A stretch of 63,647 bases of DNA, the filler included, from Octopus bimaculoides (lineage: Eukaryota), in NCBI RefSeq assembly GCF_001194135.2. It is 7 parts of 5 records of this genome, joined end to end, with 100 filler letters (N's around TTAATTAATTAA, not from the genome) between each part and the next. Parts side by side here need not be neighbours in the genome. Positions count along the whole stretch, not along the records: positions 46,163 to 55,628 come from NC_068985.1; positions 55,729 to 62,046 come from NC_068981.1; positions 62,147 to 63,647 come from NC_068985.1; 4 more parts are not named here. One strand, 5' to 3'. The position numbers and the translations under genes are program-made. A model generated the notes under the pieces. It saw only the letters and a program-made list of their open reading frames with translations. It was not told where the DNA came from and ran no database searches. Positions 52,690 through 63,647 of the stretch are shown here, in pieces; positions within the stretch are counted from its first letter, which is position 1; the number at the start of each line of letters is the position of its first letter.

Positions 52690-53950
52690 TTCTATATTTC
52701 ATTCACTCTGTTTTCACTGTAAGTTTTCAATCGCTATTTACAAACAACAACAACAACAAATTACTGACAGAAAAAAGTTTACAATTACTGATGAAAGTAA
52801 TGTCATAAATTTCAGTTCGATTCATACACTTTGTTAAATTTGCCTACAAATTTCTTATTTACTTTTGCAAAGTTTTGTGGGGTTCTTTTTGTTGTTGACG
52901 GAATTACTGATAAAAGTAAGTTCATAATTTACTGACAGAAGTAACTTCAAAAATTTCACTTAAATCCGTACGCTTAATTAATTTCCGTAAAAATTTCTTA
53001 TTTACTTATACAACAGTTTTGTGTTTTTCGGTTGTTAACAGGCTTTTTTCTGGTTCCTTCAATACTGACTCTTTGGTTCACTGACAAATTTCTCTTCAAC
53101 CCGTACAATTCTTTATTTTCTGTAAAAATTTCTTATTTACTCTCTGCTTGTCGAATTGAGAAATATAATTTCTGCTGTCAACCAAAAGAATGTCCAGGGA
53201 CAGCTGTAAAAAGGGAAGCATACCAAGAAATGAATAGACCGTGCACTACAAAAGCCAGAGCATCTCAAAGTGATGAACAGAGATATGCACAGCTGACAAG
53301 GAATACAATCTCCACTGCAGAACGAAGAGCAGTTGCAACAGCTCAGAGAAGCAACTTCTATGGAGTAGCTTTCAATTATGATCCAGCAGTTCATTATTCA
53401 GATGACACTAGAGTTTCCATTGGTGCAATGACAACTGAGTGCATACATTGTAAAGCAATGAAGTGGCCTGGAGAGATACCTGCACTATGCTGCAGTGGTG
53501 GAAATGTTAAACTTCCTGCAATCCCCCAACCTCCAGAGCCATTGAAGAAACTGTTGTCATCAACTGACCAAGATTCCAAGCACTTTCAAAACAAAATTAG
53601 GCAATACAATGCTGCACTACAAATGACATCATTTTGAGCCACAAGAGGTTTAACTGAGCCAGGATTCATGCAAACTTTCAAGATCCAAGATCAGATTTAT
53701 CATTGGATTGGCTCTCTACTACCTCTGTCCAAAATTGGCCTTGGACAAAACATGTTTTTAAAATTTATTTTATATACATGAAGACTTTCTTTTAACATTT
53801 CACTTAATGTCTATGTTCCATACTGGCATGGGTTGGAGAGTTATTAATGTAGAAACTTGTTATCTCAGCTACTAGCAGTTGAGACCTGCATAATCTAGAT
53901 GACATTTTTAAATTTCATTATTCTCTTTAACCAGGGCAACGCTGGGTATT
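52690..53950 (+). mobile_element. Internally deleted Helitron (RepHel N-terminal remnant at 53032-53730)
   Basis: CIHCKAMKWPGE...LCCSGGNVKLP...HFQNKIRQYNAALQMTSF*...FKIQDQIYHWIGSLLP is the region preceding the Helitron Rep domain; CCAGGGCAACGCTGG 3'-hairpin-like motif at 53931-53945. Confidence 0.85.
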
Positions 53951-54136
53951 TTTCTTCAACTAAAAAATCCTTTAAGGTGGTGCTCCAGCATGGTTGCAGT
54001 CAAATGACTGAAACAAGTACAAGAATAAGAATAAAAGAATATATATATATATATGTATATAAGCAACAAGGATATCCAGAGGTAATGCAGTACGATCATT
54101 TCATGCAACTCCATTTAATTGAACAATGCAACCATC

Positions 54137-55565
54137 TCATTGCATCTCAGCAGTGATTCCTGATGGGCCGGGGGCTTTTCCTGGCTTCATACCCTTAATC
54201 GCTTTATCTACCAGGGAGCTGTCTATTAGGATAGCTGGTCCCTCTACTGGGTCAACATTTGGTAGGCTCTCTTCCTCCCATTCAGTCTCCATGTTCAGCA
54301 GTCTTTCATAATGGCTTCCCCAAGCCTCTTTCTTTTTCGAATCATTAAAAGCAAGTGCACCACATTTCTCTCCTGTGACATCACAATTTTCTCTCACACA
54401 CTGTCTTGCAATCTGGAATACTTCAGTTCTTTGGTCCTCACGTTGCTGGACATTGGCAAACTTTTATTTTTCTGCTTTGTGCTTGGCTATGTATACCTGC
54501 CGCCCAGCCTCCCTTTTGGCTACCTGGTACAGTTCCCTGCTACCCCTGCCCTTCCAGGCTTTCTACGCCTGTTTCTTTGCTCTAATGCCTTTGTCTACCA
54601 TACTATTCCACCACCACGTACCTCTAGGTCTAGAAGGGACTTTGCACCATCCGCAGACTTGGTCTGTGGCACTCAGCAAGCTGTCCCATTGGAATTTCTA
54701 GCTACTTTCTATGTACGATGTCTGTAGCTCCTCCTCCCTCTCATCAAATTTCTTGATGAGGATGTCCCTAAATTTCTGACCGTGTGAAGGGTTCTTTAGA
54801 TTCCAAATCCTTTTCTGGATTGGTCTGCTTCTTGGCGTCCTTCTGGCCTCGAGTCTAAAGTCACTAATGACTAGTCTATGCTGGGGGTTACATTCTTCAC
54901 TCGGGAGAGTCTTTGTATTTAAGAGTAACCCTGCATCCCGCTGTCTGGTGAGGATGAAATCAATCTGGCTAGCAGAGTCACATGATTGATAGGTTATCAG
55001 GTGGATGTCTGGTTTTCTGAAATTAGTGTTGCAGATTAAAAGGTTACATGCATCACAGAACTCCAGTAGCCTAGTTCCCTCGTCGTTTTGGGAACCAATA
55101 CCATGGCCCCCGTGTACACCAGTGAAGATACCGGATTACCACCCAACATGCCCATTAAAATCTCCAGCTGCAAAGACGAGGTCATTGCCACTCGTCTTTG
55201 AGGTAGCCTGAAGAAGGTGATCATAAAAATGGTCACTCTGATCATTTGGTAGGCCTGCTTGTGGGGTGTAGGCAGAGATAATTGTAGCTGTGCTGTTCTG
55301 CAGGACTAGCCTAACCTTAAGCACTCTATCACATACCCTGACAACCTCTATGACTTTATCTACCCATTTCACTCCATTTGTGTTACCTTGCCAGAAGATT
55401 TTGTACCTATGTACCTTGCCTGTGAGGACCCTAGCTGAAGCTCCTCTCCATCTTACCTGTTGTATGCAGCATACATCAACACGTCTCTTTTGAAGCATCT
55501 CTACAATCTCACTAGACTAGACCTACCTTTCAGTGTGCCTACATCGACTGTGCCAACTTTGAAAA
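54137..55565 (-). mobile_element. RTE-clade LINE: AP endonuclease and linker, with in-frame stops
   Basis: DVCCIQQVRW, IISAYTPQ, AGDFNGHVG, SQIDFIL, QHRLVI, WWWN and KAPGPSGITAEM motifs. Confidence 0.92.
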
Positions 55566-55728
55566 CTGGGAAATGAATGTGGGGTGAGGCTTGGGGAGGA
55601 GAGATGTTATTTAGTGCCTGAAAAGAAGNNNNNNNNNNNNNNNNNNNNNNNNNNNNNNNNNNNNNNNNNNNNTTAATTAATTAANNNNNNNNNNNNNNNN
55701 NNNNNNNNNNNNNNNNNNNNNNNNNNNN

Positions 55729-55791
<63 letters not shown>

Positions 55792-55799
55792 ATATATAT

Positions 55800-55950
55800 C
55801 CCTCCCCTTCCTATCTCTTGATCATGTGATCATGGTGACATTTGTTGATGACGTCGTAACCAGATTTTTTCACTTCTCCTGGTCTTGCCCTCTGAAGGTC
55901 AGCAACACTGAAGCCTGTCCACTCTTTGATGTTAATTCAGGCGAAGACTG
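55800..55950 (-). mobile_element. RTE LINE extreme 3' fragment
   Basis: IKEWTGFSVADLQR / DQEK*KNLVTTSS. Confidence 0.65.
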
Positions 55951-57034
55951 ATCCAATATAGATTTTGGCTATCAACATTAATGTATTATGAGTAAGTTAG
56001 ATTGACGGTGCCTATTCTTTTCCAAGCTGTTGTCCCCCAGTACCATGCTTATGCCTGAAATACGCCTTGGCCTCTAACTGTTGACCTTGGGAAGCCTTAC
56101 TGTGTCTTTCGCTTACTGGTACATGGTTAACACCGTTCCCGTACTTGGTTTAGCCCACTAGATGAAGTGGGGTATCGGGGTGTAATGCAAAGAGCCGTCA
56201 AGTGAGAGATTAGAATTTAAATGAGGATCAATGATGCCTCTCAACCTGACCATTCCTAGCAAGGTGCATCTGCCAGACACTAAAAGTTCTACCTCTATTC
56301 AGAATTTCCTTGCAAAAATGCCATCGTGTTTCGATTTTCATCACATCATAGTGAACGAAAACAACTAATTAAATGATTCCTTTACTATTATCAGAAGTAA
56401 GAAAATTTTATTTCAGTCATACTAATAATAATATAGAATGGTCCCAATAAGCTACTTACTATTAGTTGTCTCTAAAGAGAGGACAGTAGACATTTATAAA
56501 AAAAAAAACACTTAATATAAAGTAACTCAGTTTTTGCCATTGAATTCTATCAATTGTGGATTTCTTTGAACGAATGAACGCAATTATATTTCGGTCTATC
56601 TGTCAATCTATCAATCTCTATTCTTTGTTTTAAAGCTATAAATAAATTCTGGTTCTGACATGCCTTTGACGTATACGTTAGGGCATTCCTTCCTGCGGAT
56701 AGCATTATAAATAGTTTTTGAAGTTATAACACATCTCAAGAGTAAGTAGGTACTCGTAACATTTTGCAGCCACTCGTCCTGTCAATGCTGCTGTTATCCT
56801 TTTGCTTGCAGAATATGTACCCATTCGTTGTTTTTTGCTGTAATGATGCGTGCTTCTTCTTTTTGTGTATGTATGTATGTATGTATGTATTATGTATGTA
56901 TGTATGTATGCATGCATATATAAATTCATGTATACATATGTGTGTGCATGTATGCACACAGTTATAAGATATATACTTTCTCCACATGATACACTACAGT
57001 TAGCGTTAGCGAGGTTATTTTCCAACCAAAATGT

Positions 57035-58325
57035 CCGTTGGCTCACAAAGAGCTCATCTGTCCTTCGACAGGCCATGTTTTTAGTTTTGCTGAGTGTCCA
57101 GATACCTTCCTCACAAAAGTAGCAAGCTATTCAAATATTCATAAAATTATGAATTATTTGTAAACTGCTACACATAAATAAATTGAATAGTGTAAATATT
57201 TGAGATAAATAAATGAAGTGTATCTTAACATTTCACCTCGCATTACCAGTGTATGAGTGTGTGAGAGAAAGCGGTTTTTGCTTGCGTATTTTACTTCGTC
57301 TCTTTCATTTACTTCATCGATACCGTCTGCTTCGTTGTTGTCGTTGTTCTGGCAATTATTGATCAGTAACCACTGCAATAGAATCCATATCAATAACTTT
57401 GATGAAATAGAACAATTATGACAATTGTAATATTTCTAGATTACAATTTTTTACAAAAAAATATGCAAAATATTGCAACAGTTCTGTATTATCCAAACAT
57501 CTAGTGTGTAGGAGATATGTGTTGGGTTTATAAATCCGACTTATAAATTTGAGAATAGTAAGCGTATAAAAATATTAATAAACTACCGAAACAGTTTTGG
57601 GAAAATAGTAATTAAACTACCAAAGCATACCTAATAGACGTAAATAGTTTGCAGAAACCTGATACTTTTTAATAAGGCTTTTCAGATATATACTGGATAT
57701 ATTTTTTGAGAAAGAACTAATCTTAATGTCATGAATAAACAATTTAAATTCTGAGAGCTTTTGAGTCTGCTAAGAATTTTTACGCTACAAATTTCGCCAA
57801 TAAATGAAAATCTATTTTTCTAATGAAAGAGTATGCAAGAAATTTTAGATGTGCATTTAATTTGACGTAGTTTTTAAAAATGTACTATCAATTTAAAAAG
57901 AAAATGCAACTTAATTGGCAAAAAGAATTTTAGGCCTCCTGTATGGCAGAATGATTGAGACGCTCGCTTCTCAGTCATGAAGTTCTTAAGGGGTGTGAAT
58001 ACAATTGGTTAGACTAGAACTACATACATGATCATCAGATGGAATTCAGAGAGCCAGTCATATTACACACTGATTCTGATTCTTCTTGAAGATTATATTA
58101 ATTAAAAGTACAAATAACTGGTCTGTGATCTCATCATAGACTGTTGAGAGCTGCAACTTGTATCATGTAAAACAGTACTATCTGTTCCATGGTCGAGTGG
58201 TCGGCGACTAAACCGGTTCCCCGACTTGAATAGCTTGCTACTCTTGTGAGGAAGGTATCTGGACACTCAGCAAAACTAAAAACATGCCCTGTCGAAGGAC
58301 AGATGAGCTCTTTGTGAGCCAACGG
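57035..58325. repeat. 100-bp inverted repeat pair (57035-57134 / 58226-58325), 2 mismatches
   Basis: Manual reverse-complement alignment. Confidence 0.95.
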
Positions 58326-58470
58326 CCATTCAGTTGGAGAAAGTAATGGCAAGAAAACACTATGAGAAAGTCGGAATGAAGTACGGTTATGTCTTAATCG
58401 AGAAGACTTTGGTTGTAGTGTCATCAACGCGCTGCAAAAGCGTACACCACGACCACGATGACAAGTATCT
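58150..58470 (+). mobile_element. Possible very old RTE C-terminal remnant
   Basis: Frame-shifted pieces LSVPW, LSKT, PVEGQ, RK*WQEN, NRED and LVVVSST appear in RTE C-terminal order. Confidence 0.35.
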
Positions 58471-60526
58471 GTGGAATACTCAGCCTAATGTAATTCAATG
58501 TGTTTGTAGTTCTATTGATCGAATAACTCGAATACTCATCGTCGAAACCGACGGAGGGTCTATCTGTTTTTACTATTAAACACGTCCGTGAGCGATATAT
58601 TGCTCACAGGTTCATAGAATATTATTAGCTTTGTCTAACGATCTTTAGTAATCTTGTTCTTATGTAATTACATATTACTAATTATAGATTCCTGATTTAA
58701 TGTTTCTATCCTAATTACGTATTCTTAATTGTACATATATTTCACGAGACATTCCTAAGCATTCTTAATTACATAGCTTCCATTATACATCTATAATCTT
58801 ACATCTGTGATTACACTTTTCTTATGTCAACGTCTTGAAAACAATCTCAAAATTACTTTCCCGATAACTAGAAATCCAGATAAGTAGACAGAATAATTTG
58901 TTTGTTTCTAAATTTACTCATGGATAAATAATCATAGCGAGCTCATTATTTTTAATGACATCTAATGAAAGCGTATGTCATTTCATAGTTTTAAGGTTCG
59001 AGATTTGCGTTATTTTATTTAATTTCAATTACATCACAAACGCTTTTAAGAAAGGTCTGTACGTCATATATTTCTGTTTTTAACAACCTAAACATTCCAA
59101 GCGTTCATATGTATATAAGAAATTATTTTACAAAAATTACGTTTTTAATGTGGTCGCTTCTGATATGGAATGAAGCGATATATTTTTTTTTTTTATAATG
59201 TTACATAGTGTATGATTGTAAAGAATAAAAATACTATGATAGATAAGGAAGATACAGACAGGTACCTAAATTGCTCATTTGAAAGATATGCTAATATTTC
59301 TTACTGAGCATTACATCTGAATCAAAGTCCGTTGAGTAGGTCCCACCGACTGATAATGCGAAAATGTACAGCAGATTTAAATGTTTATTGATCGCATAAA
59401 TCATTCCAGAACAAGACGATAACTAGTGAAAGAAAGTGAAAAATAGTGACATGACCGGAAAATTGGATTCCTGAATATGTCGATTCAGTGCAGTTCTGAA
59501 CACTGAAATGAAAATCTGTTATGCCAGCCAGCTACACAAGTAGTTAATGGAACAAAAGAAGCGAGATCTATTAAACGATGCCATACAAATAGAAAGACGT
59601 GAATATATACAGGCAGTGAATAAAACGTGTTATCATTTGTGGAGTTAAACGAATTTAGATGGGGTCTTTTTTATGTATGTAATAACTAAAAATGGAAAAT
59701 ATTTTTTTAGATCAATCCGAAATTTCTAAAACAAAAAAAAAATTCACGGGAAAACTTCTTTGGAAACAGTGATCAAATGAATGAACTGTACTTAATTGAC
59801 AATACAACACTCATGCTGACCTCCTCTATCAGGTATAGTCATGAAGACTTCTATTAGTCATACAATGCTGTTCTTCACATTATATTTTCTCCTTCTCTCT
59901 CTTTCCCTTTCGTTAGCTGCCTCGCTTCTCTTTTATTAACTCTCTTTCTCTCCCTCTGTCTTTCTCTCCTTCCTACTCTCTCTTCCTTTCTCTCTCCATC
60001 TCTTTCTCCCCTCCTCTCTCTCTCTCTCTCTCTCTCTCACTAGTTGCATTCTTTTCCTCTTTTTTGCTTGATGACGTGTTCTCACATGTTATGGACATAC
60101 ACACATACATGATGATTGCCTCATCTTGTCATATGATAGCTGTCTCACAGCTAGTGAGACATCTATACGTCATTGACTTTTAAATGTCAACAATTTATAC
60201 AACACTTTTGCCACTCTCTCGTTCGCCATAGTAAGTTCCAGTGACAAGCAGTGCAAGATGGCTTGTACTATTTTGACAGCAAGTTTTATGTCAGAGTATC
60301 TTTCTCCTAGAACTGCTTTCCCCACGGCTTTGTCAAAAGTAACAGGAGCACCCTCTATCCCTAGAAAATCTATTTAACCCATAGATGGTGCTCTGGCAGG
60401 TACTACCGTTCCGGGTAGGAACGAGCGTGGAAATAATGGTGATTAAGGGATAACCATTCTCCCCACAACTCCAGAACGTCCTAACTAGAAGCAGATGTAG
60501 TCTAATGTTACACCCAGGGTGGAGAT

Positions 60527-61131
60527 ACATATTTGACATGTAAAAAGCCATTTTGACTGAGGTTTGTCACAGATAAAATTCTCGCTTTACGCAGGTGTTT
60601 TGACACATATTTTCTAAAGATATATCTTCAATCTTCGAAATTAACAGAACGTGCATTTAATATTAAAAAAACAATAATGAATAAATCGAGAATATTAACT
60701 GGAAAAAAATAATGAAACCGAAATTGTAATAAGTTAATTCTACCACTGATAATAAATGTGTAAGAAAAAGCACTGAAAATTTATGAATGCCTTATATCAC
60801 ACACAAATACCACATGAAATTGTAGAGATATTCGAACATGCAATGTTTACCACGTAAAAGTTCAAATGAGAGGTTACTTGTGTTCGTGCATACGCATAAA
60901 CAGTAGTCCTGTCATGAACACTTCACTCCGGCCGGAAACAGTATAAAAGTGGTTCGGGTATATCATTGCACATGCATTACCGGAAGTCCACAATAAATAT
61001 GTATTTTTTTTTAATAATTTCGAAGTTTGAAGATATATCTTTAGACAATATGTGTCAACACACCTGCGTAAAGCGAGAATTTTATCTGTGACAAACCACA
61101 GTCAAAATGGCTTTTTATATGTCAAATATGT
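60527..61131. repeat. 117-bp inverted repeat pair (60527-60643 / 61015-61131), 5 mismatches
   Basis: Manual reverse-complement alignment; a diverged third copy lies at 61411-61532. Confidence 0.9.
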
Positions 61132-61531
61132 CACAAATATATTTGAACTGATTTAAAAGTTTGTTTAGTTCACAACACTGCTTAGCGTGCATAATACATA
61201 ATTCATTCTAGCCTGGCTGTGGATCGCACGGGTTTGTGAATGATGTGTACAGATTTTCTGTAAAGGAATCTATAGCTACCAAAGTCATCCTAAGGCTGTC
61301 TGTGTTGGGTAGCTCTAGGGGCTAATGATAGCCGGATAGCTAGAAATACATTTATCTATCTACCAGATTATGCCCCAAGATGACTAGTGGTGTTTTGGCA
61401 TTTATTGCCAAAAGCGAGAATTTTCTCCGCGGCAAATCGCAGTGAAAATGGCCTTTTTGGTGGTCAAATATGTCAGAAAAACTTAAAGTGATTTAAAAGT
61501 TTGTTTAGTTCACAAAATTGTTTAGTGTACA

Positions 61532-61564
<33 letters not shown>

Positions 61565-61565
<1 letters not shown>

Positions 61566-61757
61566 GGGAGAATTCACAAATAAAAAACAAAAGACGAAGA
61601 CAGTGGTGTAGAAAACAAACAAATGTACTAGTATAACGTTCGGGAAGTGAAAAAGTCTTTAACGTTTCGAGCCTGCGCTCTTCCACAGAAAGGAACACAG
61701 AAAGAAACAAGGAGAGAAAAAAATAGAATGTGTAGTGGCTAGCGATTTATCATGGCG
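61565..61757 (-). mobile_element. Penelope-like pseudo-LTR fragment, second family
   Basis: Carries a minimal hammerhead-like fold and ends at a (TA)n tract. Family assignment is from recall. Confidence 0.55.
61657..61692 (-). ncRNA. Minimal type I hammerhead-like motif with A6-to-U core variant
   Basis: Minus strand: CTTT-CTGTGGA-A-GAGC-gcag-GCTC-GAAA-CG-TT-AAAG; helices I and II pair perfectly. Confidence 0.6.
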
Positions 61758-62174
61758 AATGCCGGACAGAAGGGTTACACAGGAGAGCTAGGAAGAAGGG
61801 GAGATAATAAAGTAGTAGTGATCCAAAAACGAAGGTGCGTGTGCATGTGTATTAGAGAGTTCGTATGTGCGTGTGGAAGAGGGCTGGTGATGTTGACGTG
61901 TGCATGTGTGTATGTGTAGGTGTGAAAATGTGGGGCTAGGAATTGGTCAGTGCTGACGTACATACACAGATACATATACATGTGTGTGTGTGTGTGTCTG
62001 TGTGTGTGTGTGTCTGTGTGTGTGTGTGTGTCTGTGTGTGTGTGTCNNNNNNNNNNNNNNNNNNNNNNNNNNNNNNNNNNNNNNNNNNNNTTAATTAATT
62101 AANNNNNNNNNNNNNNNNNNNNNNNNNNNNNNNNNNNNNNNNNNNNTATATATATATATATATATATATATACG

Positions 62175-62230
<56 letters not shown>

Positions 62231-62628
62231 ATATATATGAATATATGTATACATATATACGCATGCATGTAAATACACATACATACATATACATAAATAT
62301 ATACATACATACGTCAGATAATTCCGGAAATATGAAATGAAGGCTTTTCATGACAATAGATTTTAGATACATCTAAAAAGAACTTTAGGAGACAGAGAGA
62401 AAGGGAGAGAGGAGAGGAGAGGGACAGTGAGGAACATTAATGTAAGCTCTTCTGAGATGGGATTTTGTAGGTCTTGTAGATCAACAGAGACCCCCAACTA
62501 ATCCTGAAGACAAGTCATTGGAAAGTTTCACGGATGGTGATATAGCTAGGAAGATTAAAGAATACTTCTTGTTTTCAAATCCTTTGGAATCACACAACTG
62601 ATTCGTAATATTGTCTCACTTTTCTACT

Positions 62629-63153
62629 GCTTGTTGCTTCATGCTGTTGCTTGATATGGCTGCGATCATCCCAGGTTAGTGGCTCCAGAGACGTCAATGT
62701 GCATAGAGCTGACCAGTTCCACCGGTACACTCCAGCCCTGGCGTTCCCGTGCCAACCCCTTTGCAGCCCCGCAAGGTGACGACGAGCCTATGGAGATTTT
62801 CCCCGTTCACATCCAGCTATCTGGTGCGGTGGGGCTGCCACGAGGCCTCTTCCAGCCTGCAGCTGCCGCGTCGAATGAGAATAGAGCTCTGGTGGGATGA
62901 CCTAACGAGTGACGGAGGACATGTCCATACCAGTGCACGCGACGGACACCTATGAGGTGGGAGGCTGCGGACTAATGAGTGCGCGCATGTAATTATTTGT
63001 TGGAAACGTGATAGTACCATCTGATGTTCTCGATGGTTCTCACGGCTCAGCTATCAAAGCCATCGATCCTCTTTGCCAGGGTCTTCGAGAGGGAACACGT
63101 TTCTGCTCCATAGAGGGGACTGGAGACGGCCAATGTGTTGTAGATGCGGACAA
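62629..63153 (-). mobile_element. RTE LINE 3' fragment
   Basis: RIYNTLAVSSPLYGAET..KRIDGFDS..IENIRWYYHVSN..HWYGHVLR..GWKRPRG; short CAAG-type tail repeats. Confidence 0.85.
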
Positions 63154-63214
63154 CGAATACAATTCCTTATTTTGATAATGATATTTTTTACCCTTAGATA
63201 TATAAAATATGTTA

Positions 63215-63420
63215 AAAGGGAGCGTTAGAAGAATCCTTCCACGCCGGATAAACTACTTAGCGGCATTTTATCGTTCTGAGTTCAAATTCCGCCGAGGTTG
63301 AATTTGCCTTTTATACTTTCGGGGTCGATTAAAAATAAGTACTATTTAAACAGTGGGGTCAATGTAAACGGCTAGACCACCTCTCCAAAATATCAGATAT
63401 TGCGCCGATAGTACAACGGA
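63215..63420 (+). mobile_element. SINE family B, degenerate
   Basis: TTCTGAGTTCAAATTCCGCCGAGG..TTTGCC..TTCGGGGTCGAT. Confidence 0.7.
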
Positions 63421-63569
63421 CTAGATGGAATATGGATATAACAGCAAAATTGCAACTATGTAGCTAAGACAGGATTAATGATATATTAGAACAAAATTGT
63501 GAAGATAAAGATAAAAATTTCTATATCGTTTAAAAGATTTAAACGCTGGAGAAATATTAAATTACCCAA

Positions 63570-63570
63570 T

Positions 63571-63647
<77 letters not shown>
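63570..63647. repeat. (CA)n microsatellite
   Basis: Direct reading. Confidence 0.95.

Noticed and set aside
56760-57128. Ly6/quiver-like reading CYFCEEG...ACRRTDELF...ANCSVSCGE and YIFCKQ...RTSGC on the minus strand
   Set aside because: Splice signals are weak, phases do not join cleanly, and the paired copy at 58226 is better explained as part of a decayed RTE C-terminus.
58334-58579. 81-aa ORF with QCVCSSID
   Set aside because: Overlaps the probable old RTE remnant; no supportable domain.

Overview
AT-rich, microsatellite-dense eukaryotic DNA with many N gaps. The repeat landscape (tRNA-derived SINEs with internal (TA)/(TG) tracts, RTE LINEs with (GAT)n tails, many Tc1/mariner relics) looks like an octopus draft assembly; this is an inference from recalled repeat families, not a search. 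Six 100-bp gaps contain a TTAATTAATTAA spacer, so the window is at least seven separately assembled pieces whose adjacency is not guaranteed. No intact host gene can be demonstrated. Recognisable coding sequence is all from decayed mobile elements: RTE and R4/Dong-like LINEs, Tc1/mariner and maT-like transposases, a Helitron, and an unassigned DNA transposase. The most interesting signals are: (1) two minimal type I hammerhead ribozyme motifs in Penelope-like LTR fragments (67-112 plus; 61657-61692 minus); (2) several long fold-back or inverted-repeat structures, including a 98/100 inverted duplication with an A-C mismatch; (3) a PHD-type zinc finger inserted inside an RTE reverse transcriptase domain; (4) a few weak orphan exon candidates.
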